Below are positions 24,306 through 38,806 of a stretch of 64,000 nucleotides of DNA, in pieces. Made by a program: the position numbers and the translations under genes. Source of the DNA: Octopus bimaculoides (taxonomy: Eukaryota). Each line of letters starts with the position of its first letter. Position 1 is the stretch's first letter. The notes under the pieces are model-generated. The model was not told the DNA's origin, made no database searches, and saw only the letters and a list, made by a program, of their open reading frames with translations. The stretch spans positions 31,734,348 through 31,798,347 of the forward strand of contig NC_068985.1 of assembly GCF_001194135.2 (NCBI RefSeq), in the 5' to 3' direction.

Positions 24306-25849
24306 ATATATCCATTTATACATATGCAGAATTACTAAGCTAATACACACATATATTGTATATATCTACATATACAAACACTACACAGCATGGTATGACT
24401 CTCACATATTCATATATACAAACACATACACACACTTATACACACACACACACCCATACATCTACACATCTGCACACATCCATATACCCACACATACACC
24501 TGTGAACATGTAGTACACACACAGGTACACATAAATGTAAATATATACTCATAATCATATACATATATACTCATAAACACATACACCCATACTAACACAT
24601 ATAGATAATGTTATATAAGTACATAGAGACACTTTGCATAAGTACATAGAGACACTTATATGGTAAGCTGACAGGCACATGCACTCAAAGTCATGTACAT
24701 TTATAAATAAACAGTTACAGGCATAACGTTTTTGCAAGATGGACACTGTTTATAACTTATGTTAATATTTAGAACTTTTACTATAATTATTATCAATATA
24801 CCCTAAGCTACATAATATTATAGATTAACATTTCAAGCTATATATTATCGTATAAATGTAGAAGCATATGAAAAACCATATTGTCCTTTTCTAACATAAA
24901 ACTTGTCTAATCAGTATAATATACAGGATGCTGTACAGGAGAGAAACATTAAGCAGTAATTACATGAAATAAACTAAAACAAGATTAAAAAACTTTACTT
25001 CTGTTTTCACTTCCAAGCTTTATTGTTAATAATAATTTGAAATGGAACACAACCATTCTAGGAAAAGAAAACAAAGCAGAATCAAAAATCAGACTTATGT
25101 TGTGGCTTGATTCTACAAGAAAATGTTATGCTTGCCTTAGTGATTTATTTGGACAGCTTGTGTGATCATGTGTAGATGAAAGAGCAGGAGAAAGAGAGAA
25201 TAAGTAAATGAATATGAGTCTCCTTTGCGATGGTTGATTTGTAAGTTAGTAGCAGTTTGGGTGTTGTTAACAGTTCCTTTTGGCAGGTCTGGTTGATGAA
25301 CAACAACTGATATTGAATTTAGCTTCACATAATACATGACTCTATCCACCATTCTCCTCTGTCTGTCTCTCTGTGAGTATGTCCATCTGAACCCCCCTAT
25401 CTGTCCTTTGATCTTGTTTTTATAAAGTATGTTTAGTTTAATCAAAGCTTGACTAATTTGTAATCAACAACTTTTGATTCATCAGTAGGAGATATATTTA
25501 AGAATTTACAAAAAATTTACAATTATGCGTGTGTGCATGTGTGTGTGTGTGTGTATGTGTATGATCAGTAGTTCATATATCTGAAAAAGAAACATGTCTA
25601 AAACATTAGAGCAGTAATATATTTAGAAGGTTGATTGTTATGGCTGGTCAGAGAGTGACCATTGGTTTCACACCTATAAAGTGCTTAGCTGTATAGGTAA
25701 CTCATTAGACTCAAATGGCTGGAGGCACATAATCTCTCTACAATTGGCAGGAGGAAGCGTCATAGTCAGTTAGTTTTGTAAACAAAAAATATATCCAGAA
25801 AACAAAAAATATATCCCTGCAGGTGGGATAGGGTTTTCTCCCTTACATC

Positions 25850-26240
25850 GGTTCCAACTTGTGAAGGTTTACAATGTTGGTGGCATGTTCCTATTTGGTA
25901 AATGGGGAATTTCAAGCTTGCAACAGGAAACGTCTCTGACGAGGACACTGACTAAGCACTCCTTTTCTGGAGTTCAAAAAGGCCCCCAAGTTTTTCGGGA
26001 TTCTTTTGCTCCTGTTGATTTATGACCTTCAATTGTTCGAGAAACCTCCATTTAATTATATATGGCATGCCCTCCTCCCTTAAATGCCATAAGCGGCTGA
26101 CCAGGGATGTTATGTTGTGGCAATCCACTATGCAAAAGGAAGACCTGTGGTTGCTCAAACACTGCTTAAGGAGGCTGCCTATAGAACCAACATATTCCCC
26201 TGTCTGTGCATTGTTTGTGTTACAGCCATTGTTGTTGCTT
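25850..26240 (-). mobile_element. PLE GIY-YIG endonuclease C-terminal fragment
   Basis: GEYVGSIGSLLKQCLSNHRSSF...SLVSRLWHLREEGMPYIIKWRFLEQ parallels the GIY-YIG at 9613-9839. Confidence 0.6.
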
Positions 26241-26299
26241 TTGTTAACTCTACTGCTGTTGCTACTGGACCCAATGTAGGCCCTATCACCATTGTTTTT

Positions 26300-26419
26300 G
26301 TTGCTGCATTGTTTTGAGTTCAGTCCCACTGTATGGCACATTGACTCAGTGACTTCTACAATAGCTTCAGGCTGACCAAAGCCTTATGAGTGGATTTGGT
26401 AGATGGAAAATGAAAAGAA

Positions 26420-26477
<58 letters not shown>

Positions 26478-26620
26478 CCCCACCTCCATTGCTTGACAAC
26501 CCATGTTGGTTTCTTTACAGACCAGTAACATAATAGCTCAACTGGGGTTGATTCATTTAACTAAAATTCTTCAAGGTGGTGCTCCTGCATGACCACAGTC
26601 TAATGGTTGAAACAAGTAAA
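26300..26620 (+). mobile_element. SINE family A copy with (GT)n core
   Basis: Family A body and tail. Confidence 0.7.
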
Positions 26621-26989
26621 AGATGAAATGTGGCTATAAGTTAGTGAGGTTGTAAAGAGCTGGTGAAAGAAGGTTTATTTATCAGATTCATGACCTTTGT
26701 CAAGTGGAAAGGCAATTGAAAATGATTGATAAGAACAATGTATATCATCAGACTTTAGAAGGAAGGAATATAATTTAAAGGTAACATATTGGGAGATAGA
26801 GTTTGTGGGTAATGAGAAATGTGTGTGATCATCATGAAAGACTTCAGAAACTCTGGGATCTAACAGTTGTTGGAAAATGTGATGGTTTTAGCTATGTTGT
26901 GTATGTGTAATAAGCAAATAGTGGTATGTGGATATCTTTTGGTTAATGCAGGAGTAAGTCAGATTCAAAAATAAAAAGAGAAAATCCCA

Positions 26990-27390
26990 TATAAGTGCAG
27001 ACATGGTTGTGAAGTTAAGAAGCTCACTTTGCAACCATGTGGCTTTGAGTTCAGTCCTACACAGCATCTTGAGCAAGTGTCTTCTACTATAGCCCCAGGC
27101 CAACCAATGCCTCATGAGTGAATTTGACTGATGGATTGGTATATATGTATAGGTATATGTGTGTGTATGTTTGTGTTTGTGTTTGTTCCCCTTATCACCA
27201 CTTGACAATGGGAGTTGGTTTGTTTACATTCCCATAACTTAGAAGTTTCAGCAAAAGAGGCCAACAGAATAAGTATAAGACTTTAAAAATAATTAGTATT
27301 GGCCAATTTGATTGACTAAACCCTTGAAAGTAGTGCCCCAGTGTGGTTACAGTCCAATGAATGAAACAAGTAAAAGATAAAAGATAAAGA
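26990..27390 (+). mobile_element. SINE family A copy
   Basis: Family A head, body and AAAAGAT tail. Confidence 0.75.
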
Positions 27391-27699
27391 TATTATTCCA
27401 AAATTTTTGTTGTTTTTTAATCAAATAATGTTCTTTAAACAAGAAGCTAGTTCCTCAATCTGGAAGATGGCATTCTAATTAAAACAAATTGTCTATTTCA
27501 TTACTTAAAAAATGCTCTTATTTGGACACAATTGTTCACATAAAGAACATATTAATCACTTATTATTCATTTCATACTCTGAAGGTGGTGCTCCAACATG
27601 ACCTTAACTCAGCTGACAAAAACAAACTGACGAACTGTAAGAGAGGATTCAATTTTGGTTACAAATTCTGGTACAAGGCTATTCATTTCAGAGAAGGGA

Positions 27700-27860
27700 T
27701 ATGTCAATTACATCAAACCCAGTGCTCAACTGGTTTTTATTTAATTGACCACAAAGGGATTTAAGGCAAAGTTAACCTCAGCGGAATTTGAACTCAAAAC
27801 ATAGAGAAATGCCGCTAAACATTTTGCCCAGCATGCTAATGATTCTACCAGCTCACTACC
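27700..27860 (-). mobile_element. SINE family B copy (partial)
   Basis: Reverse complement of the 30641-30864 element (gcggaatttgaactcaaaac...gcatgctaatgattctaccagctcac). Confidence 0.65.
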
Positions 27861-28810
27861 TTGAGAGGTTACAATATTAATGTTGTAAACTACCAATGGT
27901 GAGCCCCGAGATTCATTGGTTAAATAGCCAACTCTTAAAATGTTCATCTTTATGCAGCTGTAACTAAGGCAGAATTCATTTCTGTTCAATTTATATGTGT
28001 GAGACTATTTGAAATCAACATTTCAAGGTAATGGGATATTCATAACTTATATAATGCTAATTGTGGAAGTGTGTGGCTTAGTGGTTAGGGTGTTGGACTA
28101 ATGAGCACAAGATTGTGGTTTTGATTCCTGGACAATGAAATGCATTGTGCTCTTGAGCAAAACCCTTCATTTCATGTTGCCCCCATCCTCTCAGCTGACA
28201 AAAATGAGTAATCCTGTGATGAACCAACATCCCACCCAGTGAGGAGTACATACATCTGTGCATCAAAGTTAACTTTACTTTTCATCCTTTCAGGGTCGAT
28301 AAAATAAGTTCCATTTGAACATTGAGGTCAATATAATCAACTTACCTCATCCCCTGAAAATGCTTAGCAACATTTCATCTGGTTCTTTATGCTTTTAGTT
28401 TAAACTCCTCTGAGATCCCTTTGCCTTTCATCTTTACCAGCTAAACACTGGGGTTGACTAGTCCTCTCCCCCAAATTTCAGTCCTTGTGCCTATAGAAGA
28501 CTCTTTTTTTTCTTTTCCCCCTCTCTCTTACTGTTGTATACTATGTATACTTCCCTTCTTTTATTGTATACTATGTTTACTTTTCTTTCTTTTTATCATT
28601 CCATTATTTGTAAACCCCAACACTTTATGTCTGTCTTTGTATTGTCCACCTCGTACTTCACCCTGGTGGCAAATAAAAGAAATCATTATTATTATTTTTA
28701 TCTAAATTGTTGTTGTTATTGTTCTGCTTCTGCTTTGTCATTATTATCAGTCCTAATCTCCTGTCACCATCACTACCATTTTGTCATCACAGTCGTTGTT
28801 ATTGACTTTG

Positions 28811-28849
<39 letters not shown>

Positions 28850-29377
28850 GTCATAGCAGCACTACCACATTTCTTTAATAAAATTTGTTTTCCATCTAGC
28901 ATTGAATAGTAACATAACTCTGCTTAATTTTTCATCTTCTCAATCATTTCATCAGTAATCACTTGGTTTTTTTATTGTCCTACAGAGTTTCTTGTTTTAA
29001 CTATTCATCATTTACTCTTCACTACTTTCAACTAGAATTTTAACCTTCAGCTTTGTTAAAACTGTTGACCTCTGCCTTAAGTATTTATAACTTTCTTGAT
29101 AATGAAATATATTTTTCTCATTTGTTCATTTATTTAGATATCTCAATCTTATCATGGTTACATAATACTGTATAAATGACTTACCTTAAAAAAAATTTAC
29201 CATATTTGCATAAATTAAGAGATATATGTAAACGTGAATAATAATGTTTCAAAGGTCATTTCAAGCATTTACCCTCTTGTATTTATATTAATCAGTAAAA
29301 GAAGAGTCCTGTAAGAGATTATACACGTTTTCTGTTTAAACATTATTTGGTAACATTTATCATTAAAAAAAAAAATT

Positions 29378-29538
29378 ATGGCTGACCCTCTTCCTCGCAA
29401 AATGGAAGCTCTTGTGAAAACATCTGAGAAAGAATCATTTGAATTTAAAACTTTAGATTTACCAGAACCTGTCGGGGATGAAGCACTCATAAAAATTGAA
29501 GTTGCATCACTGTGTGGATCAGATATTAATTTATACAA
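29378..29538 (+). CDS. tdh: tdh-like exon 1
   Basis: MADPLPRKMEALVKT...ASLCGSDINLYK; donor AA|GTAAGT. Confidence 0.85.
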
Positions 29539-29904
29539 GTAAGTTTTTGCTGAAATGAAAATATTTTACTAATATAACTTCATATCATTTTCAAAATCAA
29601 TCTGCTATTTTTATTGTTTATTTTTTATTTTGTTTTGTTTTTGTTTTTATAAGGCTATATATTCAAAATAATGTATATCAACTTTTATATACTCTTTGAA
29701 ATAACATTGTCACAAAATAAGATATTTCCTATTTGTCATCATTGTCTTCTTCTTCTTCTTCATTGTCATTATCATCATCATCTTCATCTTTTCCACCATT
29801 ATCAGTGCTCTTGCCATGGGCATCATCTTACATTTAAGGGAGCATTACAAATTGCAATGGAATCTTCAAACAACACTAGAATCTTTACTATTCTTTAAAC
29901 ACTG

Positions 29905-29966
<62 letters not shown>

Positions 29967-32239
29967 AATATACATACACACACATGCATTCATGCACACA
30001 CACTCACATGTGCAAAAACACATGGGTTCAACATTCATATGCACACAAGCAAACATATTTCATATTCAATATCAAAGAAATTACAATCTGTATTTTGGAA
30101 AGATAGTCAAAATTAAAATGGAACGGAATAATACAAGAAAATTATTATTTTTCCATGAGAGGATTTTTATGGACTTAGAGAAAGAAAAATACTAAAATTA
30201 TATTAATTCTATGACCTCATCCATAATTTCCCAACAGCTTTTCCATATATTGGTTTTTAACTTTAGCACAGGACCAACAATTTTGGGGGTGCAGGTAAGT
30301 CAATTACATTGACCTCAGTGCTCAACTATTATTTATTTTATCAACCCCAAAAGGATGGAAAGCAAAGTCTACCTCAGTGGAATTTGAACTCAGAATATAA
30401 AGATGGATGAACTGTCAATAAACATTTTGCCTGGTGTGGTAACAATTCTGCCAGCTCAGTATTTTAACTTTTCTACACATTAAGTATAAGCTTGACTGTG
30501 TGATAAGAGACTTGCTTCCCAATCATGTGGTTTTGGGTTCTGTCCCCTGCATAGCAAACTTGAGCAGGTGTCTTCTACTTTAGCCCTGGGCTGACCAATG
30601 CCTTGCAAATGGATTTGGTAGACAGAAACTAAAAGAAGCCGGCGAGCTGGCAGAAACGTTAGCATGCCGCGCGAAATGCTTAGCGGTATTTCGTCTGCCA
30701 CTACATTCTGAGTTCAAATTCTGCCGAGGTCAACTTTGCCTTTCATCCTTTCGGGGTCGATTAAATAAGTCCCAGTTACACACTGGGGTCAATATAATCG
30801 ACTTAATCCGTTTGTCCTTGTTTGTCCCCTCTGTGTGTAGCTCCTTGTGGGCAATAAAGAAATAAGAAACTGAAAGAAGCCTGTTGTGTGTGTGTACGCA
30901 CACGCGTGTGTGTGTGCACGTGCATGCGTGTGTGTGTGTGAGAGAGAGAGAGAGAAAGAGTATGCGTGTGTGCTTTGACAACCAGTTTTGGTGTATTTAC
31001 ATCTTGTTATTTAGTAGTTCAGCAAATATTAAGTACTTGAAGCAATTTGTTCCACTAAACCCTTCAAGGCAATACCCCAGCATGGCCACAATCCAATGAC
31101 TGAAAGAAGTAAAAGATAAGAGATATTCTTTCACAAATTTGTATTATATTGAAATTTGTATTATAGTAAAAGAGATTATATAGGCTATGATTAATTTATC
31201 TTCTGACTGTATAAAGATGTCTGAACATTCTATATTCTCATTGCCATTCAAACCACAAGGCCTTATTTATGCTCTCTTGGCAGAATTTGAAATTCCCTAT
31301 AGATTAGATATTAGAAAAGGTAATTGAAAATATTTTTTGAAATGCAACTTCCAATGTGTTAAGCTTCCATTTATTTTTCATGATATTTCTCCTGTATTTG
31401 AACATTGATGTCCTGCATACTTTTTACCCTTGAAATTATAGTCCAAAACTGGAATTGTCAAATATCCCATTAGTGTTTTTAATATAAGGCTTACTCTTCT
31501 CCTCTTATATCTTGCTATTTGTTAGCCAATAGATTTCTGCTTGATTTTGATCCAAAGGTTTTCGTTGTTCACACTTTCAGGATATTTTAATGGTTGAGAT
31601 ATTCCTTAGGCATCTGTTCATAAATGTTTGGAGCTTTCAAAGGATATTTGCATTCATTTGCCATATTTTGGAATCATATAGCAGGACAGATTTAATGTTA
31701 CTAAAGAAAATTCTCAGTTTAATAAGTTTGGACAGAATCTTTGCCTTCCAAACATGCTTTATGAATTTGAAGGACATGACTTACTTTTCCAAATCTCACT
31801 TCAATGTCCTCCTCTACACTTCCAGTTGCAGATATAATGCTTCTTAGATATAAGAAACATTTCACTTCATTCAACATATGGTTTTTCAATCATTATTGAG
31901 CCAAAATTTGCTAAATCACCTCTCTTGTATTTCTTTGAAAGAGGTGATGCAACAAATCTTCATATTTTTACATTTAAATTTTTACATTTACAATATTAAT
32001 TTTATTGTTATTAATGTCAGTTATGTTTCAGCTTTGAAGAACGCAGGGCTGAAGTATTTCCTGACTCTGAAGAGACATCTTAATCTTTATTATACTAGTT
32101 TGGCAATGTTATAAGTGTGGGAATATCATGAGTGATCTTCAAATTGTGAGGTTTGGGATTTACAGTGATTTGTGAATTTTAATTGTATCATAAATATTAT
32201 TTTAATATTATTATTATTGTTATTATTATGATGACGATA

Positions 32240-32293
<54 letters not shown>

Positions 32294-35200
32294 TTGATCT
32301 TGTTGTTGTTGCTGCTGTTGTTGCTGTTGTTGTTGTTGTTAAAAACTAACACTGAACACATTGTGCCGCAAACAGAACAGAACTCTGCACAGTTGCACTG
32401 CAGGCAAATAACAGCAATCGAGACAATCAAAGTCACGGGATCAAAACTAAAATCACAACATTCCCTGCCCCCAAGAAAAAAGAACAAATTAACCAACAAA
32501 ATGCAAAATACAAACATAACCATGAGCCAATCACAACATAATAATGAGGCATTTCATAAGCGTAACACATCATCAATCATGAATTTAACCTATCAGGAAC
32601 TTTTTTGTTCTGGATGAATGCCAGTGCAAAGTAGTTTGAGGTTCTGGTTCTTGAGCTGGTGTAGGTGGGACAGAATCAGTCATGGTATCTGAAAAACCAC
32701 CACGGTGTTCATGCACTTGAATAGGATTAGTGTCAGCAACATCAGTTTGATCCTTATTTGACTGATACTCCTCAGTCATTTTGCCAGTGAACACTGAATC
32801 ACTAATGGACACAGTACTTTCACATCCATCTGGGTACTGCAACCTCTCGTGGTTAGGGTTAATTTGTACCAGTTGGGCTTCATCTAATAACGGATCATAC
32901 TTATTGTGTACATGTCATTTAACAAACACTTTGTCAGGTCCTTGAATTAGCCAAGTAGGAATGGAAACACTACACGTAGAATGTCTAGGAAATTTAAAGA
33001 ATCTCTCATGCGGAGTTTCAATAGTTGCCGTGCATAATAATGAACGTTGCAAATGTAAAACTTCTGGAACCATGACTTCCCACTGAGAAACTGGTAAATT
33101 TCTGCTACGTAAGGCCAATTTAATGTAATTCCATATTACTCCATTATACCTTTCACATTGAGCATTTCCATGAGGATTGTACTCAGTAGAATGAGTAATC
33201 GCTATACCCCTATCATACAGAAATTGTTTAGCATTATCACTATGAATAACAGCAGGAAATCCGAAGAAAAGATTAAACAAAACCTTCAAATTACTAATAA
33301 CAGAATGAGCACTAGTATCAGTACATGGAAAAATAAATGAAAAATGTGAATACTCATCCACAAGAGTCAAAAAATAATGGTTCTTTGACACTTAAGATAG
33401 GGGTCCTTTAAAACCAACACTCAATCTTTCAAAAGCTTAAGTAGATTTAATTACTGATGAAACAGATGTTTTAGTAAAGTGAGGCTTCACCTCACAACAT
33501 ATTACACAATTGTTAGTTATACGCTTTACATCATCTACAGAGTATGGTAAATTCTTAACTTTAATATAATAACACAATCGTGTAATCCCAGGATGACATA
33601 CCACTGTATGAACACGGTACGGTTCATTATCAGTTGTAGATGCACAATAGGTACGTGATGAAGCATCAGATGCAACATAAAACTTATCTTAATGGTAAAT
33701 GATATCAAATTTATACTGGGCTAGTTCAATTCGCCAATGCGTAATCTTTTCGTTTTTAGGTTTACTGCGCTTTTGACAATTAAACATAAAAGCAACACTG
33801 TTTTGATTATTTATTAGTGTGAAGTTATGTCCAAGAAGAAAATGAGACCATTTCCTCACAGATTCCACAATCCCTGTCACCTCTTTTTCAATACAAGAAT
33901 AACGACGCTCACTTGAGTTGAGGGTTCTTGAAAAAAATGCAACTGGCTTTCCATTTTCATGCAAAATGCCAGATATAATTGCCTTCAATGTGTCTGTTTC
34001 TATTGAGAAAGGAAGGCTTTCATCAATCACTTTTAAGGTAGCATTTGCTAAATCATCTCATAAAGTTTTTAAACTTGACAAAGCTTGTTCACTCAAAGGA
34101 AAATATTTTGTATCAACCAACGATTTTATCTTGTCAGAGAATTTTGGAATCCATTTGGAATAATACGCAAATAGACCAACAATTTGACTCAATGCTTTGT
34201 GGGTAATAGGAATAGGTAGTTCTAGTAAGGGTTTTACCTGGTCAGGGTCAGGTTTCAAGTTACCATTTTGAATTTCATAGCCAAGCAATCAAATCAGTGT
34301 AGTGCTGTAAATGCATTTGACATCATTAAAAGTTAAATTACAGTCTTTAGCAACTTGAAGAAAATGTTTTAAATTTTGATCAGCAACAATTGGAAAGTAA
34401 TAAGTTGCATATGAATTTTTGGGTATCCAATGACTATTTACAAGAATGTTGGGTATTAACAAAATTACATGTGTGCAGAGAAACAGCTATGTTTGTACAT
34501 GTAAGGGGAATAGATTATTCAGAAATACATATCAAATGAGGATAGGCTGTACCTTTGGCTGAGAAAAACAAAACAAATGCAAAAGGAAGTTGTTAGGACA
34601 TGTCTGAGGATGCCAAGCTTTACAGAAGAGATGAGGTACAAGAATTTTGTCTAAAACATTGGTGATGATTACAGAGGTGGTGGTGTTACTGTGCTGGTGG
34701 TATTTGTACCATTAAACTGTTTAATCAGAATTTTTAAGATATATTTTTATAAATATAACAAATAAAGCTATTTTATATTCAGTAGACAATGTATAATTTT
34801 ATTTATTCATTTATTTTTTTTATTTCTTTAGGTGGAATGAAGTTGCAAAACTCCTAGCCAACATTCCATTTACTCCAGGTCATGAATGTGCTGGTACTGT
34901 AGTGAAATGTGGCCCATCATCCACAGTCATCATAGGCCAACGTGTCACTGTAGAGAACCATTTTTTTTGTGATCACTGCTACCAATGTAAACATGGGTTA
35001 CAAGGTATCTGTAAGAACATGGGGCAATATGGTCATGGAAACAAAACAATTTATGGAGGATGCTCCCAATACAGCATTGTACCTTCAAAATATTTATACT
35101 GTTTAAAGACTAATATATGTAAATATAAAATTATCTTATTTTTGTTTACTCTTTTACTTGTTTCAGTCATTTGACTGCGGCCATGCTGGAGCACCGCCTT

Positions 35201-38200
35201 TAGTCGAGCAGATCGACCCCAGGACTTATTCTTTGGAAGCCTAGTACTTATTCTATCGATCTCTTTTGCTGAACCGCTAAGTTACGGAGACGTAAACACA
35301 CCACCATCGGTTGTCAAGCAATGGTGGGGGGGGACACACAGACATGCAAACACACATACATACATATATATACATATATATACGACGGGCTTCTTTCAGT
35401 TTCCGTCTACCAAATCCACTCACAAGGCTTTGGTCAGCCCGAGGCTATAGTAGAAGACACTTGCCCAAGGTGCCACGCAGTGGGACTGAACCCGGAACCA
35501 TGTGGTTGGTAAGCAAGCTACTTACCACACAGCCACTCCTGCGCCTAGAAACTCTTATTCTTTTATACATTTCAGCCCTGGTGAACTTCATAATCTAGTT
35601 GGTGATAAGAGAACTAATGAAGATATTGTATTCATATAGTGCATTAGTCCTCAACCTTTTGTAGCTCAGTGCACCCTTTCACTGAACGATCTTTTATAAA
35701 TGGCTCCTCCCCATGTTTTACCAAAAAAAAGAAAAAGGCAAAAAAAACACCAAATAGTTGATTGTTTTAATCAAACATAAAAAAATTTTGCACTAAGATT
35801 TATAGTCTATATTTCTTATGCATTCTAACCCAGTATATGCTTCCTTTTTATTAGGTCATCACGTATGATATTTTGTAGTAAGGTATATGGTAAACTTTGA
35901 CAGCTGCTCATTTTGCGCCATTATTATATTTTGACAATCTTTATTTCTTGTTAGGAATCTGACACATCTATTTCTTTATTCTAACTCATTTTGTGCTTTA
36001 TAAAGTATTTATAAATCGTTTTTTGCTATTTTTGTTTAGAGATGGATAAGTCGGAAATTTGTACACTTTTGAAATATGAGTTCTTTCTTGGAAATACAGC
36101 ATCACAGACAGCTCAGAATATTAATGGAGTGTTTCATTCTAATGTTATTACACAGCAGACAGTATCAAATTGGTTTGCAAAATTTTGTTCTGATAACTTT
36201 GACCTCACAAATAGGAAAAAAATTTAATTTCGATGATGCTGTAAAACAGGTCTTCCAAGATTTCACTGACTCTAGATTGCCAGGCTTTTACAGTTCCAGG
36301 CTGGACAAGCTACCGCTGAAATGGAAAAAGTGTATTGACAATATGGGTGCATACTTTGATGAATAAAACTATTCCTTGTGTTTATACAACATTAGCAAAC
36401 TTATTTTCTTTTCTACAAATTTCATACTTGACAACCTAATAGATATTTGTCGAGATTAATGCTCTTTATGCTAAATTTTAATGAAAATTACAAAAGAATG
36501 TGAAGTTTGATATAATTATATTATATTGGCCCTAGTCATATTATCAGTTATATTTCTGCTCACTGATAATACAATGTCCTATTTGTATCCTAATGCCAAC
36601 AAAGATTTTTTTTATTGTAAATTCTTTTTACTATTCAGCTTTCCTTGAGGCTACACTTTTAGAGCCACTTGGAGTGTCTCATCAAGCAATAGAATCTTTA
36701 GAAGTGCAAAATGAAGATGTTTTGATTATTGGATGTGGAGCAATTGGTTTATTAGCAACATCTGTGGCAAAAGCTCTTGGTGCCAACAGGTAAAATTTAT
36801 TATCATTCAACCATGGTAGTAATTGAATATATTCTTAAGTCCACCATTTCATCAATCGCAGCAGCTTCCAAGCTTCACCACTAATTCAGTTCTCAACTAA
36901 ATTGCAAACTGGTAACAGCTTTAAAGAGAACATCCCCTCAGCTACACTTTGGCATAAATAGTTTGAGATTTGGTTCAGTAGAAAAAGGTTACATCAAAAT
37001 ATCTGCAACCTCAGGGGGGGGGGGCANNNNNNNNNNNNNNNNNNNNNNNNNNNNNNNNNNNNNNNNNNNNNNNNNNNNNNNNNNNNNNNNNNNNNNNNNN
37101 NNNNNNNNNNNNNNNNNNNNNNNNNNNNNNNNNNNNNNNNNNNNNNNNNNNNNNNNNNNNNNNNNNNNNNNNNNNNNNNNNNNNNNNNNNNNNNNNNNNN
37201 NNNNNNNNNNNNNNNNNNNNNNNNNNNNNNNNNNNNNNNNNNNNNNNNNNNNNNNNNNNNNNNNNNNNNNNNNNNNNNNNNNNNNNNNNNNNNNNNNNNN
37301 NNNNNNNNNNNNNNNNNNNNNNNNNNNNNNNNNNNNNNNNNNNNNNNNNNNNNNNNNNNNNNNNNNNNNNNNNNNNNNNNNNNNNNNNNNNNNNNNNNNN
37401 NNNNNNNNNNNNNNNNNNNNNNNNNNNNNNNNNNNNNNNNNNNNNNNNNNNNNNNNNNNNNNNNNNNNNNNNNNNNNNNNNNNNNNNNNNNNNNNNNNNN
37501 NNNNNNNNNNNNNNNNNNNNNNNNNNNNNNNNNNNNNNNNTTATATTCTAAATTTACTTTTTAAATTTCAAAATTAATTAAAAGGGATTTTTCATAAATC
37601 AAATTTATATTAATGGGATATAGTAATTTTAACTTGTGTATATCTGATATGCTTTTATAATTACTGTTGTATTAAATAATTATTGATAGATCTAGATTAG
37701 TAGCAGTCAGTGCTATTATTCCCAACTCAAAATCTAGGTTACTTAAGGTGAGCCTAGTAACTGATGGTTTTGGGGTCATGCTTGTAACTTTTGGTGAGCC
37801 ATGGAAATCCCTGCCATTAATTTGGTGTGGATGGGTAATATCAAATAACTCAATCACAATATATATTTAAATTAAACTTGAAAAAAATTGAAATATCATC
37901 ATCACTTACATGGAAAAACTGAAATGTTATCTTTCAGTATTTTATAAGTTAAAATCTTAAATTATTAATTGACACATTATTAATTATCTTATAACAGCAA
38001 TGCCTGGAAAAATCATGGATTACATGAAAAAATGCAAGCATGAAAATAATAAGTAATTATGAAGACAAAAATATTAATATGATAGCAAGCAATTACAAAG
38101 GAAAATTCATAAAATTAATTTCTGTAATCTTTCTAATAAAGTATCAATCAAATATTAAGCCATTAAAGGCTAATGAAATAAGATAGATAAATGCACACAC

Positions 38201-38769
38201 ATACACACACACAGAGACAGACACACAAAATAGTAATTACATGGAAAAATGGGAGCATGAAAAGATTATAAAAGATTATAATCTTAAGATTATATACCTG
38301 GAAAAGTACAGGACAAGTTATTACACCTGGAAAAGTATATGACAAGCTATTACTTCTAGTAAAGTAAAGAATAAGAAACTTTTTACTTAAAATATTGCAG
38401 CTAAAATTAAAATTTGAATATTAAAACTTATTTTATTATAATTTATAAATAACACTATACTTATTGAAGTAGAATTTGGTTAATTTACCTTAAATACAGA
38501 AAAAAGTGACTAGTTAGACAAACTTACAAATTAAATGAGCATTTTTGTATAATAAATTTAAAAGATGAAAATTGATAAGAGTGATAAATTAGAAGAACTG
38601 GCATTCTTTGCGGCAATATTTTAAGTAAAAAGTTTCTTATTCTTTACTTCACTAGAATAGCTTGTCCTATACTTTTCCAGGGTTATAATCTTAAGAGTAT
38701 TACTTTTCATGCTCCCATTTTTCCATGTAATTACTATTTAGTGTGTCTGTCTGTGTGTTCATGTGTGTG

Positions 38770-38806
<37 letters not shown>

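Noticed and set aside
25925-25960. GAAACGTC-T-CTGACGA hammerhead-like words
   Set aside because: The order and spacing leave no stem I, and the sequence is the antisense of degraded PLE coding sequence.
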